From IMG/VR virus record IMGVR_UViG_3300050160_000037, positions 1,565-65,564 of that record: a stretch of DNA of 64,000 bases; one strand, 5' to 3'. Both the position numbers and the translations under genes were made by a program. The notes under the pieces are model-generated. The model was not told the DNA's origin and made no database searches. It saw only the letters and a program-made list of their open reading frames with translations. Shown in pieces: positions 41,481 to 49,948 of the stretch. The DNA is from a virus. Lineage: Duplodnaviria; Caudoviricetes. Positions within the stretch are counted from its first letter, which is position 1, and every line of letters starts with the position of its first letter.

Positions 41481-41714
41481 GGAATTTGATCCTTCTGGTT
41501 CGCCCCAAAGTCTTGGGGTGGTTCCGAAAATATGTTGGAGGGAAATCAGGGGGAGAACTGGGTCTCCCCCCTAGTGCGGTTTTCTCTGCACAGAGCCGAC
41601 CGTTTGTGCGCAAAAGGTGGTCTGGGAACCCCCAGCTTACTCTACGACTGTGCCAGAAGCTGGAACCAACACAGACCGTCAGACCGAACGATTACTCGTC
41701 GAGCATGATGGCTT

Positions 41715-41939
41715 TTAATTTTGGATCAGGACTTGAGTGATCTCGGCAGCCAATGTGAAATTGAGCAGTGCCTTGCTGTCAGCCTCGTCCGTGTTTTTGG
41801 CCTTGTGCTGTTCACCATAGAAAGTGAACTGCTTGGCCGCTTTCCGGAGCATAGCCCGGAGAGCACGGTTCTTTTCGACCATCACGTTGTTGGCTTCCAA
41901 CAGTCCGGTAACCCGTTCGTCGTGTTTCATACTGGGCAC
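41715..41939 (-). CDS. Hypothetical protein
   Basis: 74-aa helical ORF in a co-oriented, overlapping chain. Confidence 0.6.
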   Translation of the reverse strand: MPSMKHDERVTGLLEANNVMVEKNRALRAMLRKAAKQFTFYGEQHKAKNTDEADSKALLNFTLAAEITQVLIQN

Positions 41940-42091
41940 TCCTTGCAGTAGTCCTTTTCATAGCCACAATTGTCGCAGGTCTTGCTGTCGAAAACGCCAG
42001 ACAATTCCCACTCTTGGATGTCCACGTTCCAGCGAGCTGTGGCATCGCAGGAGAGCTGATCGCTACCACAGTTAAGACAGTGGAGGGTCAC
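41927..42091 (-). CDS. Small Zn-ribbon protein (start uncertain)
   Basis: CLNC...CDNC...CKEC. GTG at 42091 is assumed; ATG at 42157 is also possible. Confidence 0.55.
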   Translation of the reverse strand: MTLHCLNCGSDQLSCDATARWNVDIQEWELSGVFDSKTCDNCGYEKDYCKECPV

Positions 42092-42329
42092 CTTCTTCTT
42101 CGTCGGTGACGTCTCGGATAGTGATGCGGGCACGGGTTCCATCAGCGAATTTGACATCTCGTGTGACTTCCTTGGTTCCATTCTCATGATAAAGATCGGT
42201 GCAGAGGCAGCCCATGATAGCCATATCGAGGCTGCAAATTTTGCGAATGGGCTTGCGAAATTTCTCTTCGGTGAGAAACATCTCACCAGTGTCCCGGTCC
42301 ATTCGGACGTTGAGATGCTTTGGGTTCAA
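42072..42329 (-). CDS. Hypothetical protein
   Basis: 85 aa with a strong AGGAGG RBS upstream of a TTG start. Confidence 0.65.
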   Translation of the reverse strand: MNPKHLNVRMDRDTGEMFLTEEKFRKPIRKICSLDMAIMGCLCTDLYHENGTKEVTRDVKFADGTRARITIRDVTDEEEGDPPLS

Positions 42330-42448
42330 TGTTTCCTCCTAAATAGGTGCTGCCCACGCATCGGGGTAAAGACCGACACTGGCAGCAGTATCCTTCGGCA
42401 GTCCATATAGGCCTGTGTCCTCAGGGCACCCTAAGCCACCGGCAGTGG

Positions 42449-42808
42449 CTACGATCTGATATGCTTTTGGCGACGATGGCGCTTGGTGGGATCATAAGCC
42501 AAGTAGGCTGCTGATCGACCATTCTGCTTTATCGGTGGCTGGTCGAAGAACTCTTCGACCGGAGCCGGAGTTGGAAAATCACCATATTCGTCAATGATGA
42601 TGAAGTCGAAATCTCGACCGGTGATCTTCATACGGCCCGATCTGGTGCCGTCCTTATAAAATTCTTCCGGATCAACCGGGGTATAGATGAACGTCCCGTC
42701 AGGCTTGGCTGTCATCAGTTGGATGAGCATCCGACTTTCGAGTGGACCGAAATCCATGCCCAAAAGGACTGGAGCTTCATCGAGAAAGCCTTTCAGTTTG
42801 TCGTCCAT
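42449..42808 (-). CDS. Hypothetical protein
   Basis: 119 aa with an AAGGA RBS and a hairpin after the stop. Confidence 0.55.
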   Translation of the reverse strand: MDDKLKGFLDEAPVLLGMDFGPLESRMLIQLMTAKPDGTFIYTPVDPEEFYKDGTRSGRMKITGRDFDFIIIDEYGDFPTPAPVEEFFDQPPIKQNGRSAAYLAYDPTKRHRRQKHIRS

Positions 42809-42874
42809 CTTGGTTCCTTTCTGGTTCCTTGGCCTGCCGACTATGGCAACGACAGGCCAAGAAAACCAAGAAAA

Positions 42875-43813
42875 TCAACCGGGTAGAAATTCTCCGGGCA
42901 ACATCTTGCGATATTGCTTCCAGCCCCGAAGGTTTCCATGAAGCTCAGGATGTTCCCAATCTTCCCCGGTATAGCCAGCACCGAGCTTGTCAGGCGTAGC
43001 CTGATGTTCAGCCGGGCTGGCATGGAGAGGAACAGCAACCACCAACTTATCGTGGAGGTCCATGTCCTCTTCAATGGTGGTCTTGCGGCCATCATGGGTG
43101 AGGTAGCTGACACGGGCACAGCGAGCAGTGCTCACCTTGCGGGCAAGGTTGGCCAGCTCATCGTACTGAGGCTCATCACGGGTGATCCGGTTGGCCTTGG
43201 CGTGTTTCTTGATGTCCACCCAGTCGGAACCAAGAACATAGGGTAGATGCCATTGGCTTTCGTCGAGCTGGAATGGCACGCTGGCCATCATCTCGGCTTG
43301 GATCATGTCAGACAGCACCTTGATCTCGGGCTGAGCGTCAGGGTGGCTTCTGAGACCAAAGAAATTGGCCCATTCCGTCGAGGTGACCACGACGTTGATG
43401 TGTGCCCACGGTTCAAGTATCCGATTGACGATCTGCTTGTGATAGCCTGCTTCAGCGTAGGCCTGAGCCACGGTGATGGCCAGATCCATCTGGTAGAGCC
43501 AGACGTGCTGGGGTGACAGAGCCACGATCTCACCAGTGATGGGAGCATAGAGCTTCACCGGTTCGTTGATCTCTGCTCCGGCCTGCATACCGGGCTTGTT
43601 AGAACCCCAGTGGATCGGCATGGCTGGATCACGGCGGATGTCTTCGATCATCTTGGCCACAGGGATAGCCCGAGAGCTGGAGGCATTCCGGCTGAAGACA
43701 CGATGGGTCATCAGCTCGGCATGAATGAAACGAGGATACCTGAGCTGCACAGTCGTCAGGCGAATGCCTTCGTCACTGATGCTGTCCAGAATGATTTTTG
43801 CTTCGATGGTCAT
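42875..43813 (-). CDS. thyX: FAD-dependent thymidylate synthase
   Basis: RFIHAELMTHRVFSRNASSSRAIP, STARCARVSY and HASPAEHQA. Confidence 0.93.
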   Translation of the reverse strand: MTIEAKIILDSISDEGIRLTTVQLRYPRFIHAELMTHRVFSRNASSSRAIPVAKMIEDIRRDPAMPIHWGSNKPGMQAGAEINEPVKLYAPITGEIVALSPQHVWLYQMDLAITVAQAYAEAGYHKQIVNRILEPWAHINVVVTSTEWANFFGLRSHPDAQPEIKVLSDMIQAEMMASVPFQLDESQWHLPYVLGSDWVDIKKHAKANRITRDEPQYDELANLARKVSTARCARVSYLTHDGRKTTIEEDMDLHDKLVVAVPLHASPAEHQATPDKLGAGYTGEDWEHPELHGNLRGWKQYRKMLPGEFLPG

Positions 43814-44112
43814 TTTATAAAACTCCTAAGTCGTTTTGTATATTCCCTAACCTGATCAAGCTCAGGATGTTTATGTATCCATACACCCGTCGATGGATTA
43901 AAATGTTCTTTGAAAAAAGCATCTAAATCTGGACGAGATGTGAGTATCGACAAGTCAATCATCTTTGACGCTTCGTCGAATTCTTCATCAGAGCACAAAG
44001 GTTTCTCTTCGGGTTCGAACTCATAAGCATAAGCTGCTGCTGAAAGTTTCATACGAAGCATTGTTTGGATTTCAGTGGGCGATCCCCATTTAGCCACAGC
44101 CGTTGAGAACAA
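43810..44112 (-). CDS. Small protein resembling the N-terminal (Ia) subdomain of NAD-dependent DNA ligase
   Basis: AAYAYEF...PLCSDEEFDE resembles the Y-Y...P.ISD.EYD motif. There is no adenylation domain, and the region is AT-rich. Confidence 0.5.
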   Translation of the reverse strand: MFSTAVAKWGSPTEIQTMLRMKLSAAAYAYEFEPEEKPLCSDEEFDEASKMIDLSILTSRPDLDAFFKEHFNPSTGVWIHKHPELDQVREYTKRLRSFIK

Positions 44113-44193
44113 TCACGTTCTTCTCCTTGGTTCCAAATGAAAATCCCGAAGAACCAAAGGCTCTCCGGGATTTCATGCTGACATCGTAGATGA

Positions 44194-44670
44194 TCAGTGC
44201 TTGGTCGGCGTTCCGTTGACGAGATCACTGGCTGCCAGTGTCTCACGGATGTCGTCGATCTGGGCGATACTGGCGTGAGCACGCCGCATCAGGGTTTCCT
44301 GCTGATCCTCAGGAAGCCGTTCGAACGGAGTGCCGGGATAGAGGCCAGCAGCGATAGCTTCGGCATAGCCCTGAGCACGAACCTGCTTGATGTGCTGTTC
44401 CACCATGGAGTGGCACTGCATATGGTTGGCAAGTTCAGCTTCGTAAAGCTCACGAGCTTCATCACGCTGAGCCATGACGTGCTCAAGCTGGCGGGTGCTG
44501 AAATCGATGTAGCCATCGACCTCGGAGGACTGATCAGCTTCGTCTTCGACCCGAACCTTGAAGCCGATGGCTTCATCCAGATTGGGGATCGAGCCTTCAG
44601 GAAGAGGGGGCAGGCCCAGCTCTTCGGTGAGGAATTGGTTCAGCTCTTCGAGACTTGAGAACGACTTCAT
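44194..44670 (-). CDS. Hypothetical protein
   Basis: 158-aa acidic, coiled-coil-like ORF with an AGGA RBS. Confidence 0.65.
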   Translation of the reverse strand: MKSFSSLEELNQFLTEELGLPPLPEGSIPNLDEAIGFKVRVEDEADQSSEVDGYIDFSTRQLEHVMAQRDEARELYEAELANHMQCHSMVEQHIKQVRAQGYAEAIAAGLYPGTPFERLPEDQQETLMRRAHASIAQIDDIRETLAASDLVNGTPTKH

Positions 44671-44696
44671 GAATTTGTCTTTCCTGATTTGAAAAT

Positions 44697-44720
44697 GGGG
44701 CAGGCTTTAACACCTGCCCC
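44697..44720 (-). terminator. Terminator after HU gene
   Basis: GGGGCAGG-8 nt-CCTGCCCC followed on - by ATTTT. A second hairpin lies at about 44724-44745. Confidence 0.7.
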
Positions 44721-44751
44721 ACCACCTTCGTAGCGACCCGAAGGTAGCTGT

Positions 44752-45033
44752 TCAGACCGTCCCGTTGAGACGATCTTTCAGGGCCTTGGAAGCCTTGAAT
44801 GTGGCCTTGCGGCTGGCAGCGATGGCGATGGTCTCGCCGGTTGCCGGATTGCGGCCCTGACGGGCAGGCTTGTAGACGGCAACGATCTTGCCGAGCACAG
44901 GCAGAGCCACTTCGTCGTTGCCGACGATGGCATCGGCGATCAGGCCGAGGGTAATGTCGAGAGTTTCCTTGGCCTTGGTCTGTGAGAGACCAGTTTTCTC
45001 GGCCAATGCCTTGGCCAATTCGGTGGTATTCAT
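44752..45033 (-). CDS. hup: HU-family histone-like DNA-binding protein
   Basis: MNTTELAKALAEKTGLS...ARQGRNPATGETIAIAASRKATFKASKALKDRLN. Confidence 0.92.
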   Translation of the reverse strand: MNTTELAKALAEKTGLSQTKAKETLDITLGLIADAIVGNDEVALPVLGKIVAVYKPARQGRNPATGETIAIAASRKATFKASKALKDRLNGTV

Positions 45034-45146
45034 ATTCATCCTTTCAGTGGATTGGTTGGGATAACCAAGAAAAATTACCGTAGCCTTGCAAGCCAGAGCT
45101 TGCTAGGTGTCAAGCATATTTTAGGCCTTGACGGGGAAGTTTTGCC

Positions 45147-48100
45147 ATGTCCGACCAGTTTCAGGAAAAGAAGATTGCCAGCGAAACTGGCCTGACGGTG
45201 AAGATCACCGAGAAGTACAAGGACATGGGTGATGGCACCCACGCTCTTGTTATCTCGGCTGCCGGTGGTGGTGGTGGGGGCGGCGGAGCCTCTCTTGCTG
45301 ATACTTCGGTGGTGGACGCCAATGGCGTTTACTGGCTGGTTCGTGATGATGGCATTTCGCTGACGTACAAGAACTGGGCAACCGGTGTTACCGGAACGCC
45401 TACGGCTCCGGTGGAACCAGTGGGTGCCGGTGCGGGCAACGAGACCAGCACGGCCAACTACAACGTGAAGACCACGGCTGCCAACTATACGGTTGGCGAT
45501 GTGGTTCAGCGTATCGTTGTGCTGGACCTGACGAGCGTACCGGCTGTGGTGCTGAACGCTACTTGGGTCAATCTTACCACTGGTCTGGTGATCACCACGC
45601 CGACGATGGCTCATCTGGATCTGATCGATGATCAGTCTGTGACCATTTCTGGCACGGTTCCTGTCAGTGGCCCTCTCACGGATGCTCAGCTTCGAGCTAC
45701 TGCTGTCCCCGTTTCGGGTACGTTGGAAATTACCAACGATGTTGGCAATGCTATCCCCGTTTCGGGCAATGTGGGTGTCACTGGTTCGGTCGAAATTGCC
45801 AACGATAGCGGTAATGCTATTCCGACAACTGACGCGAACTTTGGTGCTGCAAACGATGCTGTGGCTATCGGTGATACGGCAAACACTGGTTTCATCTCGC
45901 TTTTCAAGCGGCTGCTTCAGAGCACCACTTCACTGCTTGGCCGGTTTCCGACTGCTTTGCTTGGTGGTCGTATGGCAGTGAATGCCAACAACTTTTCTCT
46001 CACGTTCCGTGAGCCGTTTGTGGCTTTCCCCGGTACTGATTGGACCCAGCCTGTCACCGGAACCGGTGACATCATCGGTGTGGACGGCAACTCTGCTGGT
46101 GCCAGCTATCTGGTTCTCTCGAAGAACCCGCTGGATCTTTCTGGTGGTGAAAGCATGATTGAAAGTCTGGTGACTTTCTCCATGCCACTGGAGCTGGCTG
46201 TGGGTGCCCACATGTCCCAGCGTGTCGTTGGTCAAGAATTGGCTGTCGAAATCGTTTCGACTGAAACTGCCGGTGCAACTCCTGCTGAACTGACGATTAG
46301 TTCGATCCAGCAGGCTACCACGACTCTGACGGTGAGCACGACCACGGCTCACGGTCTTCGTGCTGGTTCTCGCATCGGGATTTACGGTGTGACCAGTAAC
46401 TCGGCTCTGAACTATTCTGAGCTGGTGGTTGCTACCACCCCAAGCACGACCCAGTTCACTTGCACGGCTGGTCCGCAGGGTGCCATCCCGTCTGTGACTT
46501 CTGGTCCATTTGCTCAGGGTTTCGTCTATCAGCGTTCGGCTATGGCTTTTAGCCCGAACGGCACTTCGATGATCTTCGAAAACGCCACTGTTACGAACGC
46601 TTCGTTCTACAGCAAGAGCGACAACGGCGATCCGATGCCTGTTGGTGGTACTCTGAATGGTAACCATTCGGCTACGATTGCATCGACTGCTTCGACGCAG
46701 CCTGTTGTGGCGTTCAACAACTATAATTTCCGCCCGACGAGTGAGTATCGACTGGCTCAGATGGCTGATCGCCTTCAGTGGCATGATGTTGGTGTGGATG
46801 CGACCGGCCAGACCACTGCTCGTGCCACAGTCAGTCAGGTGCTGCCGAACAACACAAAGACGTACAAGATCCGTTTCCGGGGCAAGAACCACAAGAGCCT
46901 TACGGCTCCGGTGGCCAAGATTGTCTCGGCTGCTAAGACAGGCACCACGACTGCAACGGTGGTCACCGATGTAGCTCACGGCCTGACGACCGGCGATGTG
47001 GTGAACATCTTCGGTGCCCGTGATCAGACCAACTTCCCTAACCTTGCTGTTTCTACGGCTGTGGCGTCGGTGGTGAATGCTACGAGCTTTACCATTGTCT
47101 GGGGTGGTGCCGTTACTGCCACCACCTTCAGCGGCTATGTCAGCCGGGTGAACGGTGGGCAGCTTCAGCAGGGTGCTATCACTCAGGCTGCTCAGTCGGC
47201 CACTGTGGCCAGCAGCATTCTGACTCTGGTTGGTTCGGTTGCTTGGTCTGGCCTGCTGGTAGGTGATTACGTCAACCTGCATGGCTGCCGCGACAACACG
47301 GCTGGTGGCGATATGTCGCTTGATGCTGTGTACCGTGTCCGTGATATTCAGACCACTTCGCTGGTTCTGGAACAGATCGGTGGCACGGCTATCGCTACTA
47401 CGCTGGGCACCACCAACTGCGGTGGTGCAATCATCAAGCGGACTGATCTGCGTATCAGCTTTGTCCGTCTGTTCGATTTCGACCGGCTTCGGATCGAAAC
47501 TCTGAACCGCCCTACTAACGATGTCGCTGGTGCGATGCCTGTGCAGGTAGCCAACGTCCCTGCTGTCACGGTGAGTTCTGGTACGATCACCACGGTCACT
47601 ACCGTTACCACGGTAGGTGCTGTGACTGGTGGTGGTGCTGCTGAAGACGCTGCTGCTGGTACAAACCCGGTGCTTGTCGGTGGTGTGGTCCGCACGGCCC
47701 GTGCTCCGGTCACTCTGGTGGCTGGTGACGCAGCTCGTGCAACCATGACCACTGAAGGGTCTATGACCGTTCAGCCGGGTCCGTCTGTTCCGCTGATCGA
47801 AGTTACTTCGGCAGCTCGCACCACAACGGGCAACTCGGGTGTGATCTCGGTGCCGACCGGTGGTGGCATGTCTGGTTTGCTGGCTGTGACTGCTGCTTCG
47901 GGTACAACCCCGACGCTCGATCTGACGCTCGAAGAGAGCTATGACAACGGCACCACGTTCCAGCAGATCTGGGCTGCCCCTCGTGTGACGGGCATCACCA
48001 CGGTGGCTATCCCACCGATGCTGACTGCTGGTCTGCGTCGTTGGGTGTGGACTATCGCTGGCACCACGCCTTCGTTCACGTTTGCCATCACGGCTAACGC

Positions 48101-48446
48101 CGTGCCGTCTCCGTGCCCGATTGCCCGTCAGCTCTTCGACCGCACGGCCAACGTGCTGAATGGCACTCTCAGCACTGCGACTGCTGCAATCCCATTCTCG
48201 GGCTGTACGGTGGCTGCTGCGAAGGTGACGCTGGGTGCTGCAACCACTCCTGCCAGCTATCAGTGGCAGGTGTCGGACGACAACGTGAACTTTGCCAACG
48301 TCGGCACCTCGACTGCTACGGTGGCTAACACCACTACAGCAATCATGATGCCTGCTGGTGTCTGTGCAAACTGGGTACGTTTGATTGTCTCGTCTGCCGG
48401 TACGGCTCAGACTGGTACGGTAGTTGCTCTGAACGCCACTTCGTAA
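45147..48446 (+). CDS. Large Thr/Ala/Val/Gly-rich, probably virion-surface protein with repeated 'AHGLxxGD' beta modules
   Basis: 1099 aa with native codon usage. It is the only long + gene in the middle region and has a terminator directly after it. Confidence 0.75.
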   Translation: MSDQFQEKKIASETGLTVKITEKYKDMGDGTHALVISAAGGGGGGGGASLADTSVVDANGVYWLVRDDGISLTYKNWATGVTGTPTAPVEPVGAGAGNETSTANYNVKTTAANYTVGDVVQRIVVLDLTSVPAVVLNATWVNLTTGLVITTPTMAHLDLIDDQSVTISGTVPVSGPLTDAQLRATAVPVSGTLEITNDVGNAIPVSGNVGVTGSVEIANDSGNAIPTTDANFGAANDAVAIGDTANTGFISLFKRLLQSTTSLLGRFPTALLGGRMAVNANNFSLTFREPFVAFPGTDWTQPVTGTGDIIGVDGNSAGASYLVLSKNPLDLSGGESMIESLVTFSMPLELAVGAHMSQRVVGQELAVEIVSTETAGATPAELTISSIQQATTTLTVSTTTAHGLRAGSRIGIYGVTSNSALNYSELVVATTPSTTQFTCTAGPQGAIPSVTSGPFAQGFVYQRSAMAFSPNGTSMIFENATVTNASFYSKSDNGDPMPVGGTLNGNHSATIASTASTQPVVAFNNYNFRPTSEYRLAQMADRLQWHDVGVDATGQTTARATVSQVLPNNTKTYKIRFRGKNHKSLTAPVAKIVSAAKTGTTTATVVTDVAHGLTTGDVVNIFGARDQTNFPNLAVSTAVASVVNATSFTIVWGGAVTATTFSGYVSRVNGGQLQQGAITQAAQSATVASSILTLVGSVAWSGLLVGDYVNLHGCRDNTAGGDMSLDAVYRVRDIQTTSLVLEQIGGTAIATTLGTTNCGGAIIKRTDLRISFVRLFDFDRLRIETLNRPTNDVAGAMPVQVANVPAVTVSSGTITTVTTVTTVGAVTGGGAAEDAAAGTNPVLVGGVVRTARAPVTLVAGDAARATMTTEGSMTVQPGPSVPLIEVTSAARTTTGNSGVISVPTGGGMSGLLAVTAASGTTPTLDLTLEESYDNGTTFQQIWAAPRVTGITTVAIPPMLTAGLRRWVWTIAGTTPSFTFAITANAVPSPCPIARQLFDRTANVLNGTLSTATAAIPFSGCTVAAAKVTLGAATTPASYQWQVSDDNVNFANVGTSTATVANTTTAIMMPAGVCANWVRLIVSSAGTAQTGTVVALNATS

Positions 48447-48464
48447 AAACGAAGCGGCTGGAAC

Positions 48465-48500
48465 CAAAAAGCCCCCGGAGGAAACTCCGGGGGCTTTTTT
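48465..48500. terminator. Bidirectional terminator between convergent genes
   Basis: AAAAAGCCCCCGGAG-GAAA-CTCCGGGGGCTTTTTT. Confidence 0.9.
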
Positions 48501-49156
48501 CATGGGCTTTCAAAGCCGCATTTCTTGCAGACAGTGGTGCCATGATATGGGCTGTATTCCCAGACGTGACGACATTGCTGTTGCACTGCAACATCAAGAT
48601 TGCTGGGGTAGACACCCTTGGCATCCATGATCAAGACAGGGCCTTGATTGAAGATAGAGTCCACGGGCTGATCTGCTTGGTTCTGGTACTTGCCATCGTA
48701 GGACGAGGCATGAACGGTCTGATGAAACAGCACTTGAGCGATGCCTGAACCAGCGGGGATGTGGAGATCTTCAGAGCCGTGATAGACCAGCTCCAAGGTC
48801 AGAAATCCTTTCCAACCGGGTTCGATCACGGTGTTGAACACGCTGAGGCCCTTGCGTGCCCATGTGCTTTTGTCGTGAACCACGCCCACCAGATTGGGGG
48901 GCATGTCAAACTCTTCAATAGCTGAAGCCAGAACGAACCGGCCATTGCTGAGCTTGGCCTTGCTTTTGTTTGGTTCCAACACCGAGATTACACAGGTGCC
49001 ATCAGCTCGTGGAACGATCCGGATGTCCTGTTTGAGCTGGAGGTCATAGCCAGCTTCGCTGAGACCATAGCTGGTCCCAGACGAATGCTGTTGCTTGGAC
49101 TGGTGCATGTTTTTGATGGGTGCTGCTCGAAGCAGGCTTTCACTGTTGAAAATCAC
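48500..49156 (-). CDS. dcd: dCTP deaminase (N4 gp26-like) with extra C-terminal Cys/His tail
   Basis: SYGLSEAGYDLQL, HDKSTWARKGL and VIEPGWKGFLTLEL. GTG start at 49156 after an AGGA RBS. Confidence 0.88.
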   Translation of the reverse strand: MIFNSESLLRAAPIKNMHQSKQQHSSGTSYGLSEAGYDLQLKQDIRIVPRADGTCVISVLEPNKSKAKLSNGRFVLASAIEEFDMPPNLVGVVHDKSTWARKGLSVFNTVIEPGWKGFLTLELVYHGSEDLHIPAGSGIAQVLFHQTVHASSYDGKYQNQADQPVDSIFNQGPVLIMDAKGVYPSNLDVAVQQQCRHVWEYSPYHGTTVCKKCGFESP

Positions 49157-49340
49157 CGACTGTTCCTGTCGTTGAGGAGCCTTCGTTACCGAAGGCAACG
49201 ACTAGAGCCGCATCAATGCGATCATAGTCGGCCTTGGTGTAGCCCAGTGGATTGGAATAGCTGCTGGTGATGACACGGCCATCACGCAGCTTGGCTCGGG
49301 TTTCGATGTGAGAGAACATCGGCATGTTGTTCTTGGCCAT
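49140..49340 (-). CDS. Hypothetical protein
   Basis: 66 aa, translationally coupled (TGATG) to the upstream gene. Confidence 0.55.
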   Translation of the reverse strand: MAKNNMPMFSHIETRAKLRDGRVITSSYSNPLGYTKADYDRIDAALVVAFGNEGSSTTGTVGDFQQ

Positions 49341-49945
49341 CAGTTTGTCCTCGAAAGGGCTTCGATGATAGCCTTCATAGCCGGGCCATGATCGTGCTTG
49401 CCGCCCATGATCTCATCTCGCTGCTTGGCGTCACTGGGATACTGACGCATGAGCAGCTCACGAGCATCGAAGATCTCGTCGGGCTGGTTGAGCTGAGGGT
49501 AGAGCTTAATGGCGAACGCTTTCCAGCGACGAAGGGTGACCAGCTCCTCGTTCTCAGTCTGCATAGGGGCAGGCTTGATGCGAACATGGTCAGGCGATGT
49601 CCCGATACGTTCCACGATCTGCATCCGCTTGGCCAGTTCGCTGGGGCGAGGGCCTCGTTTTGGAATACCGCCTATTTCTTTTTGGTGACGGAGTGCATCA
49701 GACTGCTGCCTGATCGTATAGACGTAGACGGATTTCCGTCCACGGTTGTTTCCTGCCCGCTCTTTCATGAGCCGGGTCAGGTAGCCCAACGCCAAGAGCC
49801 GGTAGACACCGGTCTTGACGATGGTCTTGGTGCTGTCGAGCAACGTCACCAGATCGTGCATCTCGACTTCCGGGTAGCCTTCGACAGCCTCCCAGATCCG
49901 TTTTTGAAACGGGGAGAGCTGATCAAATTTGATGACGTTTACCAT
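49340..49945 (-). CDS. Winged-HTH domain protein
   Basis: LSPFQKRIWEAV...EMHDLVTLLDSTKTIVKTGVYRLLALGYL, a MarR-like wHTH pattern. Confidence 0.6.
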   Translation of the reverse strand: MVNVIKFDQLSPFQKRIWEAVEGYPEVEMHDLVTLLDSTKTIVKTGVYRLLALGYLTRLMKERAGNNRGRKSVYVYTIRQQSDALRHQKEIGGIPKRGPRPSELAKRMQIVERIGTSPDHVRIKPAPMQTENEELVTLRRWKAFAIKLYPQLNQPDEIFDARELLMRQYPSDAKQRDEIMGGKHDHGPAMKAIIEALSRTN

Positions 49946-49948
49946 TGA

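Noticed and set aside
45040-45146. Sigma70-type late promoter for the 1099-aa gene
   Set aside because: Several TTGNNN hexamers are present, but none has a convincing -10 at 16-18 nt spacing.
45930-48503. 857-aa - strand ORF, plus other long antisense ORFs (e.g. 2928-4079, 13756-15018, 15604-16923, 18019-19656, 19906-21393, 24365-25603, 37926-39113)
   Set aside because: They are antisense shadows of well-supported genes, produced by codon bias. They show His/Arg/Ser-rich noise and no motifs or RBS.
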